From NCBI GenBank assembly GCA_031372065.1, contig JANMKN010000021.1, forward strand, positions 1 through 35,046: a stretch of 35,046 nucleotides of DNA, written 5' to 3'. Below the pieces are notes generated by a model. The model was not told where the DNA came from. It did no database searches and was given only the letters and a program-made list of their open reading frames with translations. The position numbers and the translations under genes are program-made. Position 1 is the stretch's first letter; each line of letters starts with the position of its first letter. The DNA is from Abditibacteriaceae bacterium. Its GTDB lineage: Bacteria; Armatimonadota; Abditibacteriia; Abditibacteriales; Abditibacteriaceae. This document shows, piece after piece, positions 8,673-17,299 of the stretch.

Positions 8673-9052
8673 AAACTTCCACTTCCCGCACTTTGCTCGG
8701 CGCGACTTTTATTTTGGCCGGACTGAATCACTTTCGTTCACCCGAAGCGTATCTGCAAATTATGCCCGATTATTTGCCCGCACACGAACAATTGGTGGCG
8801 ATTAGCGGCGTGGCGGAAATGTTAGGCGGACTCGGCGTTTTGCTGCCGCCAACGCAGCGCGCCGCCGGTTGGGGCCTCGTTTTGCTGCTTCTCGCGGTGT
8901 TTCCGGCCAATATTTATGCCACGCAGCATGGCATGGAACTCTTCGGCAAAAACGTGCCGCGTTGGATGTTGTGGGCACGCTTGCCCCTTCAGTTTTTACT
9001 CATTTGGTGGGTTTACAAAGCGTCTGTGAAAAGCAAAAATCCTTCTCCTTAA
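8669..9052 (+). CDS. DoxX-like membrane protein
   Basis: AGLNHF, MPDYLP, SGVAE, VFPANIY, RLPLQ motifs. Confidence 0.85.
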   Translation: MKTSTSRTLLGATFILAGLNHFRSPEAYLQIMPDYLPAHEQLVAISGVAEMLGGLGVLLPPTQRAAGWGLVLLLLAVFPANIYATQHGMELFGKNVPRWMLWARLPLQFLLIWWVYKASVKSKNPSP

Positions 9053-9074
9053 AACAAACAGGAGAAGGATTTTT
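9035..9074. terminator. Bidirectional intrinsic terminator between convergent genes
   Basis: aaaaatccttctcct ... aggagaaggattttt, 15-bp perfect IR with A/T tails. Confidence 0.8.
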
Positions 9075-9080
9075 CCATTT

Positions 9081-9455
9081 TCAGCGCACAACGCCGCAGT
9101 CGTGAGCGAAGTAAGCCGGATTCAAATCGGCTAATGTGTCTTTGAGTTTTTCCAATTCCTCTGCCGGGCCATGCACTTCGAGACGCGCCACATCGGCAAT
9201 TTTCAGAAATTCGGAGAGAATTGGATTCACGCGGGTTAAATGCTCCAACAAACCATCCGCGCCGCTGTAGGCTTCACGACAGAAAACCTCGTCGCCGTTG
9301 ATGGTGAAGTCGTAATACAGGCACTTGTCTTCCGGCATCGTGTTGGCGACCATACGCCGCAAAATGGCTTTGGCCGCCTCCATTTGCCCCGGATGCACCG
9401 CAAAATACGGGTGAATGCTCACCGCTTGCGACAGTTCATGCGATAATTCGCTCAT
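9081..9455 (-). CDS. ABM/dimeric alpha-beta barrel (putative quinol monooxygenase-like) protein
   Basis: HPYF.V.PG, E..CLYYDF, REAY..ADG..EH, EVHGP; AAGGAA RBS upstream of ATG 9455. Confidence 0.7.
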   Translation of the reverse strand: MSELSHELSQAVSIHPYFAVHPGQMEAAKAILRRMVANTMPEDKCLYYDFTINGDEVFCREAYSGADGLLEHLTRVNPILSEFLKIADVARLEVHGPAEELEKLKDTLADLNPAYFAHDCGVVR

Positions 9456-9575
9456 GATTCGATTCCTTTCCTTGGTCAGCTTTGATGAAACGGGCACAAG
9501 TTTTCAACAAAATCGCATCGCTGGCATCGGCAAAGGAAAGTGGAAGCGAAGCGGGCGCTATGGTGAAATAAGGGT

Positions 9576-10319
9576 ATGAGTTTTCGCAGAATGTCTTTTC
9601 GGGGCCACCGCTCCGCTTTCACTTTGGTGGAATTGCTTGTCGTCATAGCGATAATATCGCTGCTGGCCGCTATTTTGTTTGCGGCTTTTGCGCGAGTGCG
9701 CGAAAACGGGCGCAAAACCAATTGCCTCAGCAATATGAAGCAAATCCAAATTGCCATCATGCAATACTCGGATGCCAACGACGAAACGATGCCGCTGACT
9801 TTTGCCGATTTCAACCCCACCAACAACACATGGGAGCCGGCCAATGGCGAAAAAGCGTGGGTTGAAGCCTTGCAACCTTACATTCAAAGCACACAAGTTT
9901 TCAATTGTCCCAGCGACACCAGCGTAGCGACCAGCAGCGCGACAACCAGCAACACAGATTACGCTTACAATGCGGCGTTAGCCTTTGGTGCGGGCGGTGC
10001 GCGCTTGCCACGCATCACAGCGGAAATTACGCATCCCGCCACCACCGTTTTGCTGCTCGAAGCGGTGCCCGGCGACGCCACCCTCAGCGCTCCCGCCGCT
10101 CTCAACAAAACCGGGCCAATGACAGGCGCCAATGCTTTTACCAACACCAAATTAACGCGTCATTTAGGTGGTTCCAATATCGCTTTCGTGGACGGCCACG
10201 CCAAATGGTATCAGGCCGTCAACGACAACGAAAGCGATAAAATCATGGGGCCAAATACCACTTACGCCGCGTCCGGCGACAACCCTACCCTGCACGGCAG
10301 CGATCAAGTGACGTTTTAG
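9576..10319 (+). CDS. Prepilin-type N-terminal cleavage/methylation protein with DUF1559 and H-X9-DG motif
   Basis: AFTLVELLVVIAII, CLSNMKQI, FNCPSD, RHLGGSNIAFVDGHAKW. Confidence 0.92.
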   Translation: MSFRRMSFRGHRSAFTLVELLVVIAIISLLAAILFAAFARVRENGRKTNCLSNMKQIQIAIMQYSDANDETMPLTFADFNPTNNTWEPANGEKAWVEALQPYIQSTQVFNCPSDTSVATSSATTSNTDYAYNAALAFGAGGARLPRITAEITHPATTVLLLEAVPGDATLSAPAALNKTGPMTGANAFTNTKLTRHLGGSNIAFVDGHAKWYQAVNDNESDKIMGPNTTYAASGDNPTLHGSDQVTF

Positions 10320-10413
10320 TTAATTTTCTTCTCAAATCGTCCGCGTGGGATAAAAAGAGCCGTTTTAGCCGTGTTTTTTGGCATTCTGCACGCAAAAAAG
10401 CCCATTTTCACTT

Positions 10414-10612
10414 TGCGGAATGCAGAAAAATGTTGCGGAACGCAGAAAAATCTCGCGGAACGCTAAAAAATCCTGCGGAATGCAGAAAAATCTCGCGGAA
10501 TGCGCCCCCAAGCCTGCGGAGTGCCGAAAAACCCTGCGAAGTGCCGAAAAATGCTGCGGAATGCACTCTCACGCTCGCGAAGCGCGAAAAAATCGTGCGG
10601 AATGCGAAAAAC
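10414..10612. repeat. Tandem array of 10 units, 20-21 bp (YGCGGAAYGC-AGAAAAAT-like)
   Basis: Units start at 10414, 10434, 10454, 10474, 10494, 10515, 10535, 10555, 10576 and 10596; one inverted copy near 10374-10393. Confidence 0.9.
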
Positions 10613-10629
10613 TAACTAAAATTAGCTTC

Positions 10630-11577
10630 TTAGGCATCCACTTCGGCCAAATCGAATTGATACCAAACGGTGCCGATGAAAAAGTGTAACATCGAGCCGC
10701 GTCCAATCACGCGCACTCGTTCGGGCATTTCGCCATCTGGCAACACCAGTTTTATTTCGCGGGCGCGCACCATTTTATCATCGCTAAATTCCTGCACCAC
10801 GCAGCGATTTTTCTGCTCGCCGTAACCGCTAAACAGTGCCACACGATGGTTATCGGTTGCCAAAGCATGAGCGCCGCGAATTTCGTTGTGCCAACCGCAG
10901 ATTTCGCCATCAGGCTTGATGCGTGCAATCGGAAATTCGGTGTAATAGCAAAGCCAAGTGGCATCGCGTGCCACATTCATCGCATAACAATCAGCGATGA
11001 AACCGCAATTCCCTTTCGGTTCAAAACGCCAGAGAATCTCGCCATTGACATCGAAACGCAACACCCCGGAAGCGCCCATTGGCTCGTTCCAGCCGTAATT
11101 GCCAAAAACGCCTTCATCGAAATACGCCGCCCAAATCGTGCCGTCCTGCGCTACTTGAACGTGCTGAATACCATCGCCCATCACGAAGCGTCGTTTTAAA
11201 ACGCCATCGGCACCGTAAACCGCCGCGTTTTGTTCGGGTTTACCGCCATTATAATTGCAGCGCGCCGCCACGATCAAAGTCTCGTCCCACGAAAGAGGCT
11301 GAATATGCGGATGCGATTCTTCCACATTGCGCAAGGCTATTTCCCCACTGAATTCAGGGGCAAACTCCAACAAATCCATCGAATACGGTTCGACTTTACT
11401 GCGCGCAAACGAAGCCCAACCTTCTTGCACATAGCGCGCATGGGGGCTATCGCGATGTTGCTTTTGCACTGCCAAAACTAAAGCATTATCTTCCGGGCCA
11501 ACGCCAACGTTTACAATTTCGCGTTCACTTAGTTGCTCGCTGAAATCGGCGACAGGTTGCAGAATAAATTCTTTCAT
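10630..11577 (-). CDS. Hypothetical protein, probable beta-propeller
   Basis: GDGIQHVQ..DGTIWAAYFDEGVFG and IADCYAMN..W.CYYTEFP repeats; ATGA coupling to the upstream gene. Confidence 0.75.
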   Translation of the reverse strand: MKEFILQPVADFSEQLSEREIVNVGVGPEDNALVLAVQKQHRDSPHARYVQEGWASFARSKVEPYSMDLLEFAPEFSGEIALRNVEESHPHIQPLSWDETLIVAARCNYNGGKPEQNAAVYGADGVLKRRFVMGDGIQHVQVAQDGTIWAAYFDEGVFGNYGWNEPMGASGVLRFDVNGEILWRFEPKGNCGFIADCYAMNVARDATWLCYYTEFPIARIKPDGEICGWHNEIRGAHALATDNHRVALFSGYGEQKNRCVVQEFSDDKMVRAREIKLVLPDGEMPERVRVIGRGSMLHFFIGTVWYQFDLAEVDA

Positions 11578-12665
11578 GGCGTCATCAGCCAATCGAGCGA
11601 AAAGTGCGCGAAGGTGATATGTTGGTGATTATCGGTTTCAAAAAGGCAGCCGATGGTGCCGTCGGACACTTCGGCTAAATTGGAATAAGCAAAATTACCC
11701 GCGACGAACGTTTTTTTGATGGGCCACGTTTGGCCGTCGTCGCTGCTGAGATAAATCGTGCCGTTTTCGCGTTTGGTGCTGCGCGGCCCGGAATATAACA
11801 ATTTGCCATCGCGCAAGCGCAGAATCGAGCCTTGGCAGCGCGGGTCAATTAAATCGAGCGCATCTTGAACGGGCGACCACGTTTGGCCGCCGTTGCTACT
11901 AAAACTGATTTTTCTCACCGCTTTGCCGCCCATTTGCCGCGAATTGAGCATCACACGGCCATCAGAAAGCTCCACAAGCTGACATTCGTTGACGATGCCC
12001 TCGCCATTGGGCACATTGTCACTGCATTGCCACAAAGCACCGCCGTCATCGCTGTAAACTGCGTAAGCGTTCCACTTGCCGAACGGCCCTTCGTTGAAAG
12101 GCATGATAAGGCGTCCCGCGTGCGGCCCTTTTTGGATTTGTATGCCGATGCCCGGCCCGCTGGCGATAGTCGTCGCTTTTTCGGCGCGCTTCACTTGTCG
12201 CGTAATCTCTTGCAAGGCGCTCCACGTTTGGCCTTCGTCGTCGCTGTGCATCAGATACGACTTCACAATGTCATCGCCCTCATAGCCGGTTTTAATTTGG
12301 CCGCTGGCTTCTTTTAAATTGGCCGGATACGATTGAAACATCAGCAAAACGCGCCCGCTTTTTCCCTCGATAACTGCGCATGGATTATTCAGCGGGCGCT
12401 TGCCACCATCGGCTATCGTTTGCACGGGCGACCACGTTTTTCCAGCATCAAGCGAGCGGCGCAAGATAATTTTGTTTTCGGCTTGATCGCTGAGGTTTTT
12501 GCGACCTTCGGCAAAGGCCAAAAGCGCGCCCGATTTGGTGACGACAATCGAAGGAATGCGCACCGCCGGAAAGCCGCTTTCGCCCGCCGTAAAAACGGGA
12601 ACAAATTCCGGCGCGGCGTGTGCTATCGAAGCCAAAAACGCGGTCATAAAAAGAATTTTTCGCAT
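11574..12665 (-). CDS. Secreted sialidase-family (GH33/BNR Asp-box) protein
   Basis: Signal peptide MRKILF..AHA, VRIP motif, AEGR, several S.D.G.TW Asp-boxes, E..R and AYS residues. Confidence 0.9.
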   Translation of the reverse strand: MRKILFMTAFLASIAHAAPEFVPVFTAGESGFPAVRIPSIVVTKSGALLAFAEGRKNLSDQAENKIILRRSLDAGKTWSPVQTIADGGKRPLNNPCAVIEGKSGRVLLMFQSYPANLKEASGQIKTGYEGDDIVKSYLMHSDDEGQTWSALQEITRQVKRAEKATTIASGPGIGIQIQKGPHAGRLIMPFNEGPFGKWNAYAVYSDDGGALWQCSDNVPNGEGIVNECQLVELSDGRVMLNSRQMGGKAVRKISFSSNGGQTWSPVQDALDLIDPRCQGSILRLRDGKLLYSGPRSTKRENGTIYLSSDDGQTWPIKKTFVAGNFAYSNLAEVSDGTIGCLFETDNHQHITFAHFSLDWLMTP

Positions 12666-12678
12666 GATGTTTGAGAAT

Positions 12679-12930
12679 AATTGTGCCCTATTTCGGAATT
12701 TTAGGGCGCTAAATGGTTTTTTTAGTGCCCTAAAAGTTTCATTTAGTGCTCTGTTTTCATTTTTTTGCGCCCTAAAATTCTCATTTAGTGCTCTGTTTTG
12801 AAATTTTAGGGCGCAAAAAAGTTCATTTAGCGCTCTGTTTTGGAATTTTAGGGCGCAAAAGAGTTCGTTTAGTGCTCTGTTTTGGAATTTTAGAGCGCAA
12901 AAAAGTTCATTTAGTGTTCTATTTTGGGTT
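12679..12930. repeat. Tandem array of 12 x 21 bp with a 42-bp higher-order repeat; palindromic core TTTAG-N-GC-N-CTAAA
   Basis: Cores every 21 bp from 12679 to 12910, alternating tttagtgctctgtt and tttagggcgcaaaa. Confidence 0.9.
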
Positions 12931-12931
12931 T

Positions 12932-13024
12932 TTAAACACAAAGACACAAAGATTTAGTTGATTGAGCAAAAGCAAGGCTTTGTTTACAACCTTTAATTCT
13001 TCTTTGTGATGTCTTTGTGTTTAA
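12932..13024. repeat. Second CACAAAG-type inverted element with 15-bp terminal IR
   Basis: ttaaacacaaagaca (12932-12946) / tgtctttgtgtttaa (13010-13024); same termini as 8310-8406. Confidence 0.8.
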
Positions 13025-13081
13025 TTATAGAATCCAATCGCAGAATCCATTGGGAGAATCGCGTCAGAACGCCGATCAAAA

Positions 13082-14542
13082 TCAGGCAATATCCATTTCA
13101 CCGACGCGGTGCAGTTTCATGGCGTTGGTTGAGCCGTGCTGCGTGGCGGGAGCGCCCAAAGTCACGACAACAATATCGCCGGGCACCACGATACCCGATT
13201 CGATGAGGCGCACATCGCCGTGTGTAATCATGTGATCGGTGTCGAGGCTGCGCTCAATCAGGACAGGGCGCACACCCCAAACCAATTGCAATTGTCGCGC
13301 GATGTCATCGTGTGGCGTGAGGGCAATAATGGGCACCGGCGGGCGAAATTTGGCGACTAATCGCGCACTGGAGCCGGTTTCGGTGAAACAGGCAATGGCG
13401 CGGGCACGCAAGCGCGCGGCAGCGTGCGCAGCGGCTTCGGCGACGGCCAAAGCGAAATTGTTTTGGCCGATCTTCAAATCGCGTCCCAAGCGGCGCATTT
13501 CGTCCCAATCGTCTTCACAGTTCAATTCGACGCGTTCCACGATACGCACCATCATTTGCAGCGCTTCCAAAGGATAAGCCCCGGCTGCGGTTTCGCCCGA
13601 TAGCATCAGCGCGGCGGAGCCATCTAAAACCGCGTTTGCCACATCGCTGGCTTCGGCGCGCGTTGGGCGCTGACTTTCGGTCATGCTTTCCAGCATCTGC
13701 GTGGCGGTAATCACCGTTTTGCCCATCTCGTTGGCCGCGTGGATGATCTGCTTTTGCAAAAGCGGCACTTCTTCGGGCGACATTTCCACGCCCAAATCGC
13801 CCCGCGCCACCATAACGCCGTCAGATTCGTGAATAATCGCTTCTAAATCGTCAATCGCTTCTGGTTTTTCCAATTTGGCGATGATTTGCATCTTGGAATG
13901 ATGGCGATTGATAATTTCGCGCAGTTCGCGCACATCGTCGGCGCGACGCACAAACGACAGCGCGACATAGTCCAGCCCGTTTTGAATGCCCCATTCGACA
14001 TCGTGACGATCTTTTTCTGAAAGCGCCGGAGCCGAAACCGCCACGCCGGGCAAATTAATGCCTTTATTTGGCTTCAAAATGCCGCCGATGCTCACCGTGC
14101 AGCGCACATCGGTATCCGTGGATTCCTCGACTTGCAAAGCCAGCAAACCATCGTCCAACAACAAGCGATCACCACGACGGCAATCGCGCGGCAGCGCCGG
14201 ATAGGTTGTCGAAATGTATTCGGCATCGCCGATGCAAGGCCGCGTGGTCAGCGTGAACGTGCGGCCTTCAATCAGTTCAATCTGCCCACTGGCGATGGGG
14301 CCGACACGAATTTTAGGGCCTTGCAAATCTTGCAAAAATGCGACGGGTTTGCCGACTTCGGCGCTGACGCGGCGCAAGGTTTCGACGTGTTCCGATTGTA
14401 AATTCGGGCCGCCGTGCGAGAAGTTAAAGCGGGCCACGTCCATGCCGTTCAACAACAGGGCGCGCATCATTTCCGGCGAGCGCGACGACGGCCCGATGGT
14501 GCAGATAATCTTGGCGCGGCGCGGTGAAGAGTGAGTTGTCAT
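13082..14542 (-). CDS. pyk: Pyruvate kinase
   Basis: KIICTIGPSS, RFNFSHG, DLQGPKIR, LLLDDG, KGINLPG, AKLEK, MVARGDLGVE, ATQMLESM, PTRAEASDVANA. Confidence 0.98.
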   Translation of the reverse strand: MTTHSSPRRAKIICTIGPSSRSPEMMRALLLNGMDVARFNFSHGGPNLQSEHVETLRRVSAEVGKPVAFLQDLQGPKIRVGPIASGQIELIEGRTFTLTTRPCIGDAEYISTTYPALPRDCRRGDRLLLDDGLLALQVEESTDTDVRCTVSIGGILKPNKGINLPGVAVSAPALSEKDRHDVEWGIQNGLDYVALSFVRRADDVRELREIINRHHSKMQIIAKLEKPEAIDDLEAIIHESDGVMVARGDLGVEMSPEEVPLLQKQIIHAANEMGKTVITATQMLESMTESQRPTRAEASDVANAVLDGSAALMLSGETAAGAYPLEALQMMVRIVERVELNCEDDWDEMRRLGRDLKIGQNNFALAVAEAAAHAAARLRARAIACFTETGSSARLVAKFRPPVPIIALTPHDDIARQLQLVWGVRPVLIERSLDTDHMITHGDVRLIESGIVVPGDIVVVTLGAPATQHGSTNAMKLHRVGEMDIA

Positions 14543-14559
14543 AAAATGCCTTAGAAAAC

Positions 14560-14592
14560 AAAATAGCACGCTACAGATTAGCGTGCTATTTT
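14560..14592 (-). terminator. Intrinsic terminator after the DUF547 gene
   Basis: aaaatagcacgcta-cagat-tagcgtgctatttt, perfect 14-bp IR. Confidence 0.75.
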
Positions 14593-14623
14593 TTCCGATA
14601 CATTTCGAAACGTCGCTGCGAAA

Positions 14624-15559
14624 TTACTGCCCGGAAATCGGCGACAAATTTGGATCGCGATTTAAGGCGCGTTGGGTGCGCAGGAATTTGATTTCCACAT
14701 CAGGAGTGTTCGTGAAATAGCGCTTATTCGAGCCAATAATCGAATAATCCGCCAACAAACGACGAATTCCAGCCCAGTTTTTTTGCGCTCCTTTGGTTTT
14801 GAACAAAGCATCGGCTTCTTGTAACAACGGATTCACCGTCGCCAAGTTGTTAATGATCAGCAGTTGCACATTGTTGGGGTCGCTAACAAAGTAGCCCACA
14901 TTCTGATCAAGAACAGCATCCAAGCCGACCAAACGATAAGCGGTGCGATTTAAAGAAGGCCCGCCCAACGTGCCGTCGGTGAGCGCAAAAAAAGCGCGCG
15001 GGTCCATTGCCGCAATCTTTTTGCGCAGTTCGGCAAACGAATAATCTTTGCCGGCCACGCGATGCGTTTTTGCCGTATCAAAGTCGGGAATATTATCCGG
15101 CGTGCTGATCGGGTAAGCTGTGGCGATAGTGTTGACAACGTGTGCGTTGTAAGCGTTGATCCAAAAAACCAATGCCGCCGAGTAATCAGGGGTTTCTTTT
15201 TCTTCTTCGCGTCCCACTTTGTCGGTGACTTTTTCGCGCCGCGTTAGCACGGGAAACTTGGAAGCATCGGCGGTTGCCACGGCTTGAATGAACAATTTCA
15301 AGGCTTCGTTGTTTTTCAGTCCCAGATAGTTAACGTGCCCGTCTTTGTCCACATTGTTAATCAAGGCGGCATCCAGCAGCGAATACGGAAATAAAATTCC
15401 CTGCGGAAAATCTGTCGGTTTCGCTTCTTCCGGCACTTTTACTTCGGTTTTTTCCGTCGCCGGTGCATCTTCTGCCCAAAGCGCGTTGCTTGCGGCACCG
15501 GTTAATGTCAGGCCCAGCGGCACAGCCGCCAACCATAAACTCGTTCTAAATTGCTTCAC
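14624..15559 (-). CDS. Exported DUF547-domain protein
   Basis: G.VNY, FWINAYNA, DPR.FFAL; GTG start with GGAG RBS and a signal peptide. Confidence 0.8.
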   Translation of the reverse strand: MKQFRTSLWLAAVPLGLTLTGAASNALWAEDAPATEKTEVKVPEEAKPTDFPQGILFPYSLLDAALINNVDKDGHVNYLGLKNNEALKLFIQAVATADASKFPVLTRREKVTDKVGREEEKETPDYSAALVFWINAYNAHVVNTIATAYPISTPDNIPDFDTAKTHRVAGKDYSFAELRKKIAAMDPRAFFALTDGTLGGPSLNRTAYRLVGLDAVLDQNVGYFVSDPNNVQLLIINNLATVNPLLQEADALFKTKGAQKNWAGIRRLLADYSIIGSNKRYFTNTPDVEIKFLRTQRALNRDPNLSPISGQ

Positions 15560-15649
15560 AAAAAAACTCCTTCTTTTAAAGCATACGAAAATCAAGGCGC
15601 GCAAGAGACGGCGTGTGCCGCGTGCGGTTCATTTGCGCCAAATTACCGT

Positions 15650-16372
15650 TTATTGTGCGTTGTCTTTGAGCCTCGCGATTTCGGCCATGATGCGCTCGCC
15701 GATGACATCTAACGTTTCGCGGTCAGCCTTGCGCGCATATTCTTCGGCGAAATAGAGCGGCTTTCCGAAATACACTTCGGGATGGATTAAGCGAAATTTC
15801 GGTTGCAGCGGCGAGAGTGCGGCCTGCGTGCCTTTGAGATACATCGGCACCACCGGCGCTTTGGCCGAATGCGCTATAAGTGCCACGCCATGCTCGGCGG
15901 GGCCAAGTTCGCCGCTGCGCGTGCGCGTGCCTTCGGGAAAAATCACCAGCGCTTCATCGTTTTGCAAAACGCGCATCGCCATGCGCAAAGCGCGACGATC
16001 CGGCGCGCCGCGTTTGACCGGAAAACTGCCCATGCGCCGGATAATCCAACCAAGAATTTTCAAGCCGCCCGTTTTCTTTTCAAAAAGTTCGGCCTTGCCC
16101 ATCGTCGTTACCGGACGCGGCACCGTGCATCCAACCAGCGGCGGATCAAAAAGCGACGCATGATTCGGCGCGATAATCACGCGCCCTTGCATCGGCACAT
16201 TTTCGAGGCCATGCACTTTGAGGCCGCCAATGCGAAACAAGATGCCGTAAGAGCCATACATCAAGCGATAAACAAAGCCATGCAGCGGCTCAACGGCCTT
16301 ATCTTCGGCGCGCACCTTGGGATTTCGTCTGGCTTCTTTGATAAGCGACGGAGCTTCGTTCGTTTCGCTCAT
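15650..16372 (-). CDS. plsC: 1-acyl-sn-glycerol-3-phosphate acyltransferase
   Basis: NHASLFD, KAELF, FPVKRG, IFPEGTR motifs. Confidence 0.9.
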   Translation of the reverse strand: MSETNEAPSLIKEARRNPKVRAEDKAVEPLHGFVYRLMYGSYGILFRIGGLKVHGLENVPMQGRVIIAPNHASLFDPPLVGCTVPRPVTTMGKAELFEKKTGGLKILGWIIRRMGSFPVKRGAPDRRALRMAMRVLQNDEALVIFPEGTRTRSGELGPAEHGVALIAHSAKAPVVPMYLKGTQAALSPLQPKFRLIHPEVYFGKPLYFAEEYARKADRETLDVIGERIMAEIARLKDNAQ

Positions 16373-17058
16373 GATACAGCCTCTTTTTCGCGCACCAGCT
16401 GCACCAATTGTTCAATAACCTGCTGTGGCGAAAGATTATCGGTAAGGACGTGAATAGCGTCCGGCGCGGCTTTGAGCGGTGATGTTTTGCGTGTGCTATC
16501 ACGAAAATCGCGTTCAAGCACATCTTTTTCGGCTTCTTCAAGAGAAAACGGCGCCGCTTCGCCGGATTTTTGCCGCCATTCGCTCAAACGCCTTTGCGCC
16601 CGCTCGCGCGGCGTGGCTGTTAAAAAGATTTTCACATCGGCATCGGGGAAAACCACAGTTTGAATGTCGCGCCCTTCCAAAACTGCGCCGCCACAATCGT
16701 TTTCGCTGTCGCGCCCGATGCGTTTTTGCTGCGCCACAATTACTTCGCGCACGCCCGCCAAAGCTGAAATTTGCGAGGTGAAATCGCCGATTTGCGGCGT
16801 GCGAATAAAATCCGTCACATCACGCTCACCGACAAAGACGCGCGTGCCGCGCCCTCGCAAAGAAATCGGTAAATCGCGCGCCAGTTCGATAATTTCGGCT
16901 TCGTTTTCCGGCAAATTCAGCCCTTTTTCCAACGCGGAAAGCGCCACCGCGCGATACATCGCGCCGGTGTTGACATAGGCGAAGCCCAAACGCGCCGCCA
17001 ATTCTTTGGCGACGGTGCTTTTCCCAGCCCCCGCCGGGCCATCTATTGCGATTATCAT
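16369..17058 (-). CDS. cmk: Cytidylate kinase
   Basis: IAIDGPAGAGKST, TGAMYRA, EGRDI.TVVFPDA, RDFRDSTR..SPL. Confidence 0.96.
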   Translation of the reverse strand: MIIAIDGPAGAGKSTVAKELAARLGFAYVNTGAMYRAVALSALEKGLNLPENEAEIIELARDLPISLRGRGTRVFVGERDVTDFIRTPQIGDFTSQISALAGVREVIVAQQKRIGRDSENDCGGAVLEGRDIQTVVFPDADVKIFLTATPRERAQRRLSEWRQKSGEAAPFSLEEAEKDVLERDFRDSTRKTSPLKAAPDAIHVLTDNLSPQQVIEQLVQLVREKEAVS

Positions 17059-17122
17059 CGGCCCCAAAGTGTAGCGATAAAATGGCGCGTGCGCTTTGCC
17101 TCTCGGCGGCTCCGCCAAACGA

Positions 17123-17299
17123 CTGCGCGCCAGCGCGGAATTGCTGCGCGCCAGCGCGGAATCATTGCGCGCCAGCGCAGAATTGCTCCGCGCCAGCGCG
17201 GAATCACTGCGCGCCAGCGCGGAATCACTCTGCGCTGGCGCAGAATCATTGCGCGCCCGCGCAGAATCATTGCGCGCCAGCGCGGAATTGCTCCGCGCT
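17123..17299. repeat. Tandem array of about 8.4 x 21 bp (YTGCGCGCCAGCGCGGAATYR) with palindromic core
   Basis: Units at 17123, 17144, 17165, 17186, 17207, 17228, 17249 and 17270, plus a partial unit; lies between lhgO and cmk. Confidence 0.92.

Noticed and set aside
10378..10689. ORFs over the 20-bp array
   Set aside because: The period is not a multiple of three, so the peptides are frame-cycling repeat artefacts.
12666..12947. 94-aa N-terminal extension of the sialidase
   Set aside because: It derives from the repeat, and a normal signal peptide begins at ATG 12665.
13029..13085. Short AGAATC recurrences downstream of pyk
   Set aside because: Too short and irregular to separate from chance.
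10414..17299. CRISPR or TIGR-like guide array interpretation of the three tandem arrays
   Set aside because: Units are 20-21 bp with recurring rather than unique variable parts, and no cas or Nop-domain gene is in the window.
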